A stretch of 64,000 bases of DNA from Ramazzottius varieornatus (Eukaryota > Animalia > Tardigrada): positions 1,065,226 through 1,129,225 of the forward strand of contig BDGG01000013.1 of NCBI GenBank assembly GCA_001949185.1. The letters are read 5' to 3'. Shown here in pieces: positions 51,844-62,680 of the stretch. Positions within the stretch are counted from its first letter, which is position 1. Every line of letters starts with the position of its first letter. The position numbers were made by a program, and so were the translations under genes. The notes beneath the pieces were generated by a model, which did no database searches, had not been told where the DNA came from, and saw only the letters and a list, made by a program, of their open reading frames with translations.

Positions 51844-52777
51844 GGGCTTACAAAGATAGGTTACACCGCTGGTGGAATTGTAACGCTGGTGTAATTGGCT
51901 CCACCCAGACCGTTACGATTGGCCTATTTATTCCACCAGACATTATACTTTCGGTGTAGTTACGAGTCGCTCCGGAACGACTCGTAATCACACCATATGC
52001 AATCAACATCCCGAGTGCTCCTCTCCGAACCTCCAAATGTCCCTTCCATGACGAAGTTTCTCGCTGCTCGTCCTACTAGTGAGTGTATGGTGGTTTCTCC
52101 GACATCAAATATCTCATAATCCTCCACTCGTACTTACCTGCAGTGCGGGGCTTTCAAAGCAAGCCGTTACTAACTGGTCAAGAAAGTTTTCTGGGCGTAT
52201 CCACCAAAGTAGCTGGTGAAATTACATCACCACGCCAGCTTAGTCTTTGTGAGCCCTTGTTATACGGATTGCGAGCGACAGCGCACTAGCACAATTCGTT
52301 ACGCACAGGAACATTGTGACGTCATATGTAAACATTGTGCGACTCTTTTAACACAGAGCCTACGAGACGAACTAGTTCCTATGGTGTCACGATGTTCCTG
52401 TGCCTATCAAATTGTGCTAGTGCAGATCACTTCGCAATCTGTATATTTCCAGATTTTACAGTGTACGACAATATTAACCGTTGGAAATGGTCGTAATTCT
52501 GCAGCTGGAGCTCCTTCCCAACTCAGCGAATGAGAATTATATTTTGCTGCATGCGCAAATTTCATTGGCTTCATCCATCATGCTCCCTCCAACACCCATT
52601 TTCAACGGCTTATTTTGTCGTACACTAAGGGCCTACAGAGATTAGACTGGCTCGTGGTGTAACTACACCAACTACTTTGGTGGATACGCCTAGAAAATTT
52701 GGGTGAAGGGTGGAGCTTACAAAGATAGATTACACCGCTGATGGAATTACAACGGTGTAATCTATCTTTGTAAGCCC
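51844..52777. mobile_element. PIF/Harbinger-like MITE complex with a nested Tc1-like MITE (52459-52626) between RpS5 and TRNAU1AP
   Basis: GGGCTTACAAAGATAG.TTACACCG ... CGGTGTAATCTATCTTTGTAAGCCC inverted ends with TAA/TTA flanks. Confidence 0.55.
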
Positions 52778-52963
52778 TTACTGTATTTTCCGATTTTTCC
52801 TGCTGTAGACTGTAGTCCTGTTTGGCGCTTAGTCTGTTTCCTTTCTTGAAAGTCGCGGTCGGACTAACGAGGTGAACTAGGTTGTCTTTTTGCAGATAAC
52901 GGGACGGATAACTCGGCTGGCCTAAGGAAGCTTCATAGCTTTGGGACAGACGGTCAAGCAACG

Positions 52964-54995
52964 ATGGCCACCAATGTCCTGTGGGTGGGCGATTTGGACG
53001 TGATGCATGACGAATACTTCCTCCGTGCAGCGTTAGGTACCTTCGGTGAAAGCGTCTTGAGCATCAAGATCATCAAGAACAAGCAGACAGGGTTGTCACA
53101 AGGCTACGGATTCATTGGTATGGTTGGAGAGCAGGGCCGAAAAGAAGACACGTTAGTCGGGTTTGAGCCTGAAGTTATCGCTGGATTTCTCAGCTTGATT
53201 AGTTGAACAACTGTGTTGCTTTTGGCAGAATTTCGCGATGACGGAACTGCGCTGAAATGCCTGCATTCTCTCAACGGGAAACCGATGTCGGGCATCCTGC
53301 CGGTACGTTACACAACGCAGTAACGGATTTTCAGTTACTTGACTTTCTTTTCTCTGCAGATCAAACGATGGAAGCTGAACATGGCCCATCAAGGAAGAGA
53401 CAATCCTCTCGTGCCAGATTTTGCCATCTTCATCGGCGATCTCGAATACAGTGTGGACGATCTGCAACTGTTCAACTTCTTCAGCGCGAGATACTCTTCC
53501 GTTAAATCCGCTAGAGGTATCACAGAAACGATAAATAAAATTGGTCGAGAATGAGAACTTTTCACTTACTGTAAATATTCGCTGCGTCGGCGCAGTACGT
53601 CATCGTACAAGTGAAGTACAGCCCCGGTCCAGTTTCGCGGATTGCGCAACCCCCTACGGGGGTGCCTCGTCATGTAAGTGTACGTGCTGCGCGGACGCAG
53701 CGAATATTTACAGCAGTTCCGGCGGTCAATCAAGGAAATTTGATCGGCAAGCAGACTTGTGGTTTATAGCGGTTGTCTATCAACCAAATTTGACGTTGCT
53801 ACGTTTCGAATTCAGATTTGCAACCGGAAGTTGCACTCCAAATCCCATTTCTATTTCGAATATTAGCATTGTCTTCTTTTTCTAGTCGTTGTTGACGAAC
53901 ACGGAGACAGTCGTGGATACGGATTCGTTCGCTTCGCAGAAGAACTTGACCAACAACGCGCTCTGAATGAGATGCAAGGTGTGACCATCTCCAACAAACC
54001 CATTCGCGTCAGCATCGCCGCACCTAAGAAGTAAGCCTGACCCTTTGTTTCCCATCACTCTTCACGGTAGATTTGCTTCTTCTTAAGCCCTCCCGCATTT
54101 TGCTACCGAAAATCTTGAGAAATAAACGAGCCAAATTCTGCAGCTGGTGAGCAAACTCAACGAGACCAGTTTTCCAAGTGGCGCACTGTTTGAATCGATT
54201 TCACCGAGAACGTGCGCCACTTCAGAAAACAATCTGTTGGACCATTTCCGTAACGCACGTTCTCAGCTAACTTGATAGCACCGAGAACGTCCGCCTCTTG
54301 CCATAACGGTCTTGTGTTAATCTTTCAAGAGATCCACCATTATTTCACAGGTTTTTCTTCCCATAGTAAATTAGGACAAACACCAGAGCAACAAGCCCAG
54401 ATGTCTTCGGAGCAACTGGCCAACTACTACGCGCAGTACGTCCAGTACCAAGCCTACTACCAGCAGTGGCAGCAGCAGATGAGCACCAACTACGAACAGT
54501 ACTACAAGCAATACTACCCCGGCTACTACGGCCAGCCACAAGCCCAACAGCAGGCTGTGCCGCAGCAGCACCTGCACATGCAGGCTCAACAACAGCAACA
54601 ACACTTTCCTGGACAGTATCCAGTCTCGCAGATGCAGCAGCCTCAGGCAGCGCCTGTGATTCAGCAAGCGCAAGCGGGGTTGTTGAGAACACCGGGTGCG
54701 CAGGTGGTCGATGAAGGGAACAAGCTTGTTCGTAAGTGACGGATTTTCAATTTAGCATGGAAAGATGCTTGTTGTATAGCAGCTTTTATCTTTTCACAGC
54801 TCATGATCAAACTAAGGTGGACAGTTCGCTGCAGAGCGCGCGGAAATTCATTGAGAAAAGCTATGTAAGAAAACGAAAGGAAATTAAACGGAAGTACTAA
54901 GATATTGATGACTGGAATGTCTGGTTGGTTTGCAGGCTATAGATAGGAGTTACAGCGACGTCTGGTGGAAAAGACCGGGCGTAGAACTTTTGTAG
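52964..54995 (+). CDS. TRNAU1AP: tRNA selenocysteine 1-associated protein 1 (SECp43): two RRMs plus Tyr/Gln-rich region
   Basis: LWVGDLD, IKIIKNKQTG..QGYGFI, FAIFIGDL, SRGYGFVRF..QQRALNEMQG, KPIRVSIA, YYAQYVQYQAYYQQW. Confidence 0.85.
53569..53713. mobile_element. MITE (CTGT..AATTCGCTGCGTCCGCGCAG family) in a TRNAU1AP intron
   Basis: CTGTAAATATTCGCTGCGTC.GCGCAG / CTGCGCGGACGCAGCGAATATTTACAG. Confidence 0.75.
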
Positions 54996-55214
54996 AAGTG
55001 TCTAGCTAACCAGCTTGATTGTCATTGTTGCGAACATGTTTTTCTCAAAGGAAAGCAATGAGCAGTCTTTTCCTTGGTATGGGCAGTCTGAGAATAAGGC
55101 ACGCTTATTCTCGGACTGCGCTAAACTGTTAACCTTCCCATATTGATGATTCAGTTCGACTTTGCAGAAACTTTGTCACTTGTTACAGATTGAGACTTAT
55201 CAGTGGAGATAGTT

Positions 55215-58200
55215 TTAGAACGATTCTTTGTAGAAGCGAAAGTTGTGTTGATGACTGAGCTGACGCAGCTCGCGGCTCAGCGGATGTGGTCCACAGTAAA
55301 ACACTGAGACCTTTCCTCGACTTTGCTCCTTGATCGTCTCGAATACCTGTACAATAATGGAATCAGATGGCTGAACTGGACGGCTAGCAAATAGTTTAAA
55401 AAAGTTGGTGTTATGACTTACCGTTTGCCACTTTGGTCGTCCATGTCGCGCGCGTGCGGCGATGCCCGTGATAAGGTCGCGCTGGTGGGTTTGATAGAAG
55501 GTCTCCAGGGCGGAAGTCAGGGCGAACGACTGTAGATCGGACATGCTGGTGGCGGAAGTCACGTAAATGTGGATTTCCAGGAAGCGCTGGAAGCGTTCCT
55601 CGCGATGTTGAGCTGCGTCGAGTTGCTGGAGGAGCTCGACGAACCATTCGAGGCTGCGTTGGTCGCGCACTACCCATATGAAATCGACCTACAGCAGAAA
55701 ACGGTACTTGTCATTCACCTGCATACCGGGCTAACGGATTGAAAGCTTGACATTATGCCTGCAGGTCGCTGAAACGAAGGAGATCAGCTCAGATCGCGTA
55801 CCTACATACTCGTTCTTTGCACTAAATCAACGCACTTTGGTATGTAGGTTTGTGAGAAAAGTGGATTTCGAAAGCGTCGCAAACCTGCATGTTTGCTGGC
55901 CACATGAGATCAAGGATAAGGCGTATGCAGGTCTAAGAAATATACTTTCGGGCTGTTTACCTTTTTGAGTAAGACATGTCTGCCAAGCTGGATAGGTTCG
56001 TGCGAGCTGACTTCGGTCTCGACGGTGCTCTGGTGTCGAGTGACGATGCTTTGCAAGATGGACGCGAAAGGTGTCACACCAATACCCGCGCATATCAGCA
56101 CGGCGTGCTCACACTCGAAGACCAAGCCGGTAGGAGTTCCATAAGGACCGTGGATACAGACGGTCACGTCGGTCTCCCGAAGGACCCGCGGCATCATGGA
56201 AGGACGTTTCTTGCTGAGGATAGACAAGTTCCTCCGGCGGTCCATCACACCGGCCCGCTTGGTCGACATCTTGTAGCTTTGTTTGGCAGAAAAGGACAAG
56301 GAAGTTGAGAGGGTGATGCGCTCGTCGAAGAGATCGTAAAGCCGGCGAGTCCAGTCTCCGGCCGAGCGAATGTGCAAGACCAGACGGTCTGTAAAAGAGA
56401 AAGTACTCTCGCTGGCAGCATCAGAGGCGATAGGATTGAAAGATTGTACGACCGACCGAGATCTTCCGGGCAGCTGCTGATGGTGAAAGGGTGCCATTCG
56501 AAGTCCGTCAGGACTGGCACTTTGATGAACACGTAGCTTCCACCGTGGAACCGGAAAGTCAGTGGGCGCTGCAGAGTCAATTCAGTCACCTGGAGAAAAA
56601 AATACAGGATCTTAGCACCTCAGTACCTAACGACGACAACGACATACAGTATTTTTTGTGCGACCATTTTATGCGCGAAACGGCACAAACTGTGTACTTT
56701 TCACCAAGATTACAACAGTGACCCGTCGCTAGGACCACAGCAAGTTTAATACGGGACAATGAATCGAAATCAAGAGCAGACACTCTTTGTTGGACTTACT
56801 CCCGAAGGCCACTGGACCACTTTCCGCACTCTGACTTTGCAGCTCTTCTTCAAATGCACTCGCCATACATTATAGGCTTTCTCAAGGAGGAAGAGTGCTC
56901 CCGGCACCGACGCGAAAACCCAGAAGAAACTGTTTCTGGCATGGACGAACACCGTCACGAAGTACGTGATGTATCCCACGAGATGTGAATAAAAGAATAT
57001 CTGCAACCACACGGACAGAAGTACGGTAAACTGTTCTCAATAATATTAATATCCATAGGTTGAAACTCGAAATTTTTCAGACAACTTTTCGCAAATCATG
57101 TAAAGCAGCGCACCTAAGGGAGTAGTCAATTCACCTCAAAACGGCCGGTTCTACGAACAAAGGGAAGCGCGCCGGCCAAGATAACCAGCAGCGCCAAGAA
57201 TGCCAACCATCCACTAATCATTTCCGCATTTGCCGATAAGGCGATCGCAGCCGGGTTCTCCCATCCATCCGCAGTCAAAACAAGGCTTGTGGTGTTTTCC
57301 GCCATTTCATCCGGTCCAGTACCTGCGTTAGACAACTGGAAGCAGCCTGAAGGAAGGAAACATGACATTGACAAGGTCATGAACCGCTACTTTAAAGGGA
57401 CACTGGTATCAGCCTGGATATTCGACAGGGTGGTTTACCGTAGCAGGCGAAGTGCATGATGACATGTCCAAACGTAGCCATTACTAGTAGATATGCGTTG
57501 ATCTTATGGGCGTACGTTGTCGCGTCGAAAGGAACGTAGTGGTGGAAGATGGTATCGCGCAAATATGTGATGCTTTCCCTGAGCATAAACAGCAAGGACC
57601 ATGTCGAGGTCCACGTCAACAGCTTGCCGAAACCTTTGGCACATCCGTAAAAGACCACACACGGCCATCCAAATTCTTCGCCTGTAAGCCGTAAAACACA
57701 GAAGCCGTAAAACACGTTCAGCAACATTGAGCAGCAACGAAATTAGGTTTCGTACTTTTGGCTTGGTATGCCAGGACGAAGCCAAGGACAAACACACCAA
57801 CAAACGCCAACGCGAACATCCATCCCCAGATGGCTTCGCGCGGGTTCTGTCGCACGTAGCTCCATGACAGAGAATGAGGAACGTTGATTAATGTGGACTT
57901 ATTTTTGGTGGACGAATGCGGCGAACGCTGAGAAGGAGCTAATGTGCGGGAGAACCTGGAGATATACCAGGTGTAATGGACTGTATTATCTGGCCGAGCG
58001 AAGCGAGGCCCTTTCAAGTCTGTCGAGATATCAATGGACGATCAGATTGTTCCAGCTTTCACATATCGCAAACTCTGTACTGAAAACAAATGCGCAACTT
58101 GATCCGGGCAACAGAAATTTTTTACTCGCAACTGCAACGTAACGCAGTAGAAATGTATGGCCTATAATCTTGTGCCTCCTTTGCTCGGCCTTCCCAGTGG

Positions 58201-59425
58201 TCAGAACCACTAGCTAGTTAGTAGAAGGTGTGGTAAAGTGATTGCGAAAGCAGGTCGGAACATAAACATACGAGACTTCCAGAAGCTGCAGGAGGGCAGG
58301 AGATCGATCGAAGAACTCTTTAGGCTCGGTAAAGGAGATCACACCGTTCTTGTCGGTGTCAATGGCTTCAAAGAGGTTCTTTGACAAGTAGGAGACCTGT
58401 TCTGTACTCAGCACGAAAGAGTTCTTGTTGATGGAGCTCTTGATGACGGCGCTGAATTCTTCCTCATCGATCCCACCATTTCCTGAATAAAACAAAACAG
58501 TATGATTGAATTTGTTGTAAACGGTAAAAGGGAACACATCACGTCCTTGTTCCGAAGTTTTCAACCTCTGTAACGACTTTAGCGCGTCGGATAATCAAAT
58601 GTCAAGTCGATGCAGATGCTCAGATTCCACTGCTCAACCATTTTCCTGTCGGTCGCTATTCTGCGTTCATTTTATGATAGTTCTTTTCTCCAAATTTTGT
58701 GATTTGCCTCATTCCAGAACGGCTTCAATTGGACGAGGAAGTCCGTAAGGGAATTCAATTTTGGTTACCGTTTGCGTCGTAGAGATCGAAGAGCAGGCGG
58801 AACTTTTGGCAGAAACATCCGGTGTAAAGTTTCCGTAAACATTCGACCATGTCCGCTCGGCTGACGAACCCTTGCTTGCTGCTGTCCAGAAGAGAGAACA
58901 AGCATTCGGCAACTTGCTCCTGGGAAAAATGAGGATATCGATCAATCCAGCAGCGTTTTACGAAGACACGATCCAGATCACTTACGTTTTCCGGCTTTAG
59001 AATCTTGACGAATGAATCGACCGAAAATCGGTGCAGTGCTTCGTCCTTTTCCATCCTAGCTTTGACTTTGTTGAAGTGAGCCAGATCGTCGTGAGACCTG
59101 CAAATGAAACAAAATTAAATCCAGTCAATCTGTACCCAGAACATTTCGGCCTTTTCGACGGTCGTTTGAAATTGAACGAGGAATTAATCGGCGCAATTTC
59201 TCACCTTTTGGAATTGCGGCAATGGGCAAAAGCACCACCGTACAAGTGACCGGTACATACGACATCTTGTAAACCGGATGGGACTCCCAAAATGACTTCC
59301 TTGTTATTGATACTTGTGGATCCAGGACTGACTAGAGTGAAAGGACCGCTAAAGGATACAAATGAGCCTTCCGCCATAAAAAGGGTGCTCGGTTCCTCAT
59401 CTGGGATCTTCGAAGGTATATCCAT
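55215..59425 (-). CDS. NOX5: EF-hand NADPH oxidase (NOX5-type), multi-exon
   Basis: EF hands (DSSKQGFVSRAD, DANGNGGIDEEE, DTDKNGVISFTE); heme His pairs (HK..GHVIMH; YSHL..FVH); EWHPFTISS, GPYG, AGIGVTPFASIL, VFYCGP, FYKESF C-terminus; no peroxidase domain. Confidence 0.9.
57985..58218 (+). mobile_element. Helentron-associated/DINE-like element, complete copy 3 (NOX5 intron)
   Basis: GGCCGAGC...GCTCGGCC subterminal inverted repeats, AGTGGT-CAGA-ACCACT 3' stem-loop, CTAG end. Confidence 0.65.
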
Positions 59426-59711
59426 TGCAAAACTCTTCGTAGAAAACAGACATATAAACGTTTTTCCGCGAACACAATCATAATCCCTGCAGGTCTAATG
59501 AATTACTAAGCTGATGGTGAACAGTTCCAAACAACGACCACAGCTCGGTCCAGCCATTGTTATTATATTCTTTCAGCGATAAGAAATACACTGCTATGCG
59601 AAAACTTTTCAAGTTTTGTACATGACGCACCCGCTAAGTGAAAACCATCACAGAGAACCGTGAATGGAATAACATTAGTCTTCGCTCCAGACACAGTCTG
59701 AAACAAGACTG

Positions 59712-59743
59712 ATAACAACAATAACAACAATAACAACAACAAC
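59712..59743. repeat. (AAC/AAT)n microsatellite
   Basis: ataacaacaataacaacaataacaacaacaac. Confidence 0.7.
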
Positions 59744-59969
59744 GAAATATTTGAGGAAATGAGCCGCATAAAAAATCATTCCACTCCTTCGGAGAAACAA
59801 GTCGAACATGGCTCGACTAAGTCATAGAAAAATTTCTATAAAAATTTCGGCGGGGAATTAAGTTCAAAATGAGATACTTCAGCGTCATGAAACGACTAAC
59901 AATAAACGATTCAAGAAAAATATAGCAAAAATGTAACACGTCCTACTGCTTTTTGGCTCTCCGATAGGC

Positions 59970-61511
59970 TCAGCTGACGTTTCGCTTCTCCGGTGGAACG
60001 TACTCCATGTCCAGCGCTCTGAAGATATCTTCCTCGCTGTTGATCTTGACCGTACCTTCAGACAAGAAAAAGCAAAGTTTGCCAATCACCCGAAAGATTC
60101 GTCTACTGCTCGTATCAAGTACTCTACCTTCATTTCCGGTGTCGCCTTCGTCGTTCCGACTTTTATGCAGTCCATACTCGTTCAGCTTGTACCCTTTCGC
60201 CTTTGCTTTCGAGTTCAACTCTTGGATGAACAAGTCATTGCCCGTCCATTTCAGAATAGCCGAGTAATACTGGCTTTCAGCGTACAGATACAGCGCCAAG
60301 TAATGATGGTCCTCACCTTTCCCTCCATGGTTTCCATTCTTTGCTTTCTTCTTCGCCGGTCCATCTTCCTCTTCACCATCTTCTTCTTCCCCATCTTTCT
60401 GTCCACCACTGCTGGACGACGACATAATACCTTTCAGCCTGTTCTCGCCTTGAGTCATGACTTCCACCAACGTGCCGTTCTTCTTCAGAGTGTCCACGAC
60501 TTCAGCCATCAGCTCCTTGCTGCTTTCGCGGGACCTGTGGGTGACGACGGCGACAATTTCAAGAATGGTGTCATCTTTGCGGCGGTATGCACCACAGAGT
60601 GTCACTTCGAAGTCCTTGTGGAGTTTTTTCAGTTGACTTTCCATCGATTCCTCAATCTGAAACAGCAATCCACGTTAAAGTCAGCCATCCAACGGGCGAA
60701 AAGCGGCATATCAATACAGGTCCGTGCCGTACTGAGGGCTATGCCGTGTATCTGAACGTACACTGAATAAGCATATGACGTCACTACGCCAATTGAAGAA
60801 CCACCCCGCTCATCACGATGTACACAAGAAAACTGACGTCATGCTTCACAGCCCTGCAGCGGCTAAGCAACGCATGACGTCAATAGACAGCTAAAATCAT
60901 CGTTCGACAACACCAAACTGAACTGAACGCGGTGACTTCACTAATACTCTCAAACGGATTTCGGGGTGCTAAATCGGGCCCGAAATGGATACCTTCTTTG
61001 CTCGCGCTCGGGAAATGGGTTTCTCGATGTCGTCCAAGTACCTCAGCGCGATCTGTTGCGATTCCGTCAGCTTGTCCGAGTGCTTCTTCAGGTCTTCGAT
61101 GGTGTGGATGCCTTGTTTCTTCAGCTCCCTCGCTCGAGCAATCCCGATGCCTGGCACGCGCGATAGCTCACCCACTTCTTGCGCGTCTTCGTCGTGTTCA
61201 GCTTCCTCCTGCTTCTCGGTCTTTCCACGAACGAGGAATTCGTCTATCTGCGCAGCGATGCCTTCACCGATGCCGGGAAACTCTTGGGCTTCTTTGCCAC
61301 TCTTGACGCGATGCTTGTGTTCGGCTAAGATCTGTGCTGCTTTGCGGTAAGCGATGCTCTTGAACATTTCTTTGTCAGCGTTCTTCTCGTGATCAGCTAG
61401 TTCGAGTAATAAATCGCAGATGTCCTTGTTGGGATTGTCTCGAGCAGCTTCAGTCTCGTCGCGCTTGCGCTTGTTGGATTCAGCGGCGGTGGATTCCTTC
61501 TCGTCACTCAT
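59970..61511 (-). CDS. DNA polymerase beta-like (family X) protein lacking catalytic residues, 3 exons
   Basis: Colinear with Pol beta: ELADHEKN, AYRKAA, HhH FPGIG and VPGIG, CGAYRR, WTGN, GYKLNEY, SEEDIFRALDMEYVPPEKR; exons ~61511-60993, 60658-60129, 60058-59970. Confidence 0.9.
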
Positions 61512-62179
61512 TCTTCCCGCAGTTGGTCCACTCTTTTCGATGCAGTCTTGAAGTAGAGTCGTCCTGTGAGCTCCCGACACCTGCAAAGCATTGGAAATAC
61601 CGAATTAGCGGTTGAGAGATCAGCCGGACAGCGAGGACGGTCACGAGAGATGCCGTGTTCCTTAGCCTTTATTTTTCCCAAGCGCGGGCCATGCCGTACT
61701 CTCGTCTCCCACTTCTCTGTCTCAGTGATAGGCTGACAACCGAAATTTTTCAAGGTTTTCTGCAAGGCCGTGCTAAAACCCCAAACCCCTGTCATAATTT
61801 GTAAGAGGGAATCGGAAGACGAGAGTTTAGCACCTCGGCCAGGACCCCCGGCGCCCGCGCTTGTGATTTTCCCCAGTTTTCTACGTTGGGAAAATACTCG
61901 TAGAGACTTCTGGAAGTGATGAAGTGAGCTGTCGAAGTTGATTGATTGTTGATTTGTTTACTTTCTGGGACTGGAATAAATGACTCGAATCAAGAATCAA
62001 TCAAGAACACCGTGGGAAAGTTTTCCACTCCCTGAATCCTGACCCTGAGTTTTCTAAACTTTTCTTGAAGCTCCGGGTAGTTCTCCTCAGTTGCTTTACC
62101 TTCTGCAGAAATCCGTGATCGCATCCTCTGGTAAAATACCCTGACGTTGTGACGGTTGTGCTCCTTGTATTTTCCGATC

Positions 62180-62680
62180 ATGTTCTCCATGTGGAATGGA
62201 GCTCCACCGGGAGGAGGACGAGGCGACCCTCGCAACCAACGCGGTCCATCTCAGCCCAATCCTGCCAACAACATCAACCTTCCTTCTGGCACAGCTCACC
62301 TCCTTTACGAACTGGACAAGAGGTTACTTTTCTGGCTACGAGATGGTCGAACCTTTATCGGGATACTCAAAAGTCTGGACCAGTTCGGCAATGTCGTGGT
62401 AGCCGAGACGATAGAACGCATCTACGTGGACAAAGAGTACGGCGACATCGAACGAGGCATCTGTATCCTACGAGGCGAGAATCTGGTCTTGGTTGGAGAA
62501 TGGGATGGTTTCAGAGAGCAACAGTCGGGTACTAGAAGTCGAGACATTCAGTACATCCTAACAAGGCAGGCGGAGGAGGAAGAGAAGCGGCTGAAAGTTA
62601 AAGAAGGCTTCCAGAAAGCTATGCGCGAACGTGGACTGAATATTCGCGATGATCCTGAGGACGACTTGTTCATCAAGTAA
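62180..62680 (+). CDS. LSM1: Sm-like protein LSm1 (mRNA decapping activator)
   Basis: GTAHLLYELDKRLL..LRDGRTFIGILKSLDQFGN..ETIERIYVDKEYGDIERG..ILRGENLVLVGE plus C-terminal helix. Confidence 0.9.
   Translation: MFSMWNGAPPGGGRGDPRNQRGPSQPNPANNINLPSGTAHLLYELDKRLLFWLRDGRTFIGILKSLDQFGNVVVAETIERIYVDKEYGDIERGICILRGENLVLVGEWDGFREQQSGTRSRDIQYILTRQAEEEEKRLKVKEGFQKAMRERGLNIRDDPEDDLFIK

Noticed and set aside
61990-62235. 81-aa minus-strand ORF overlapping the LSM1 start
   Set aside because: Overlaps the LSM1 5' region and a pyrimidine-rich acceptor; no evidence of independent coding
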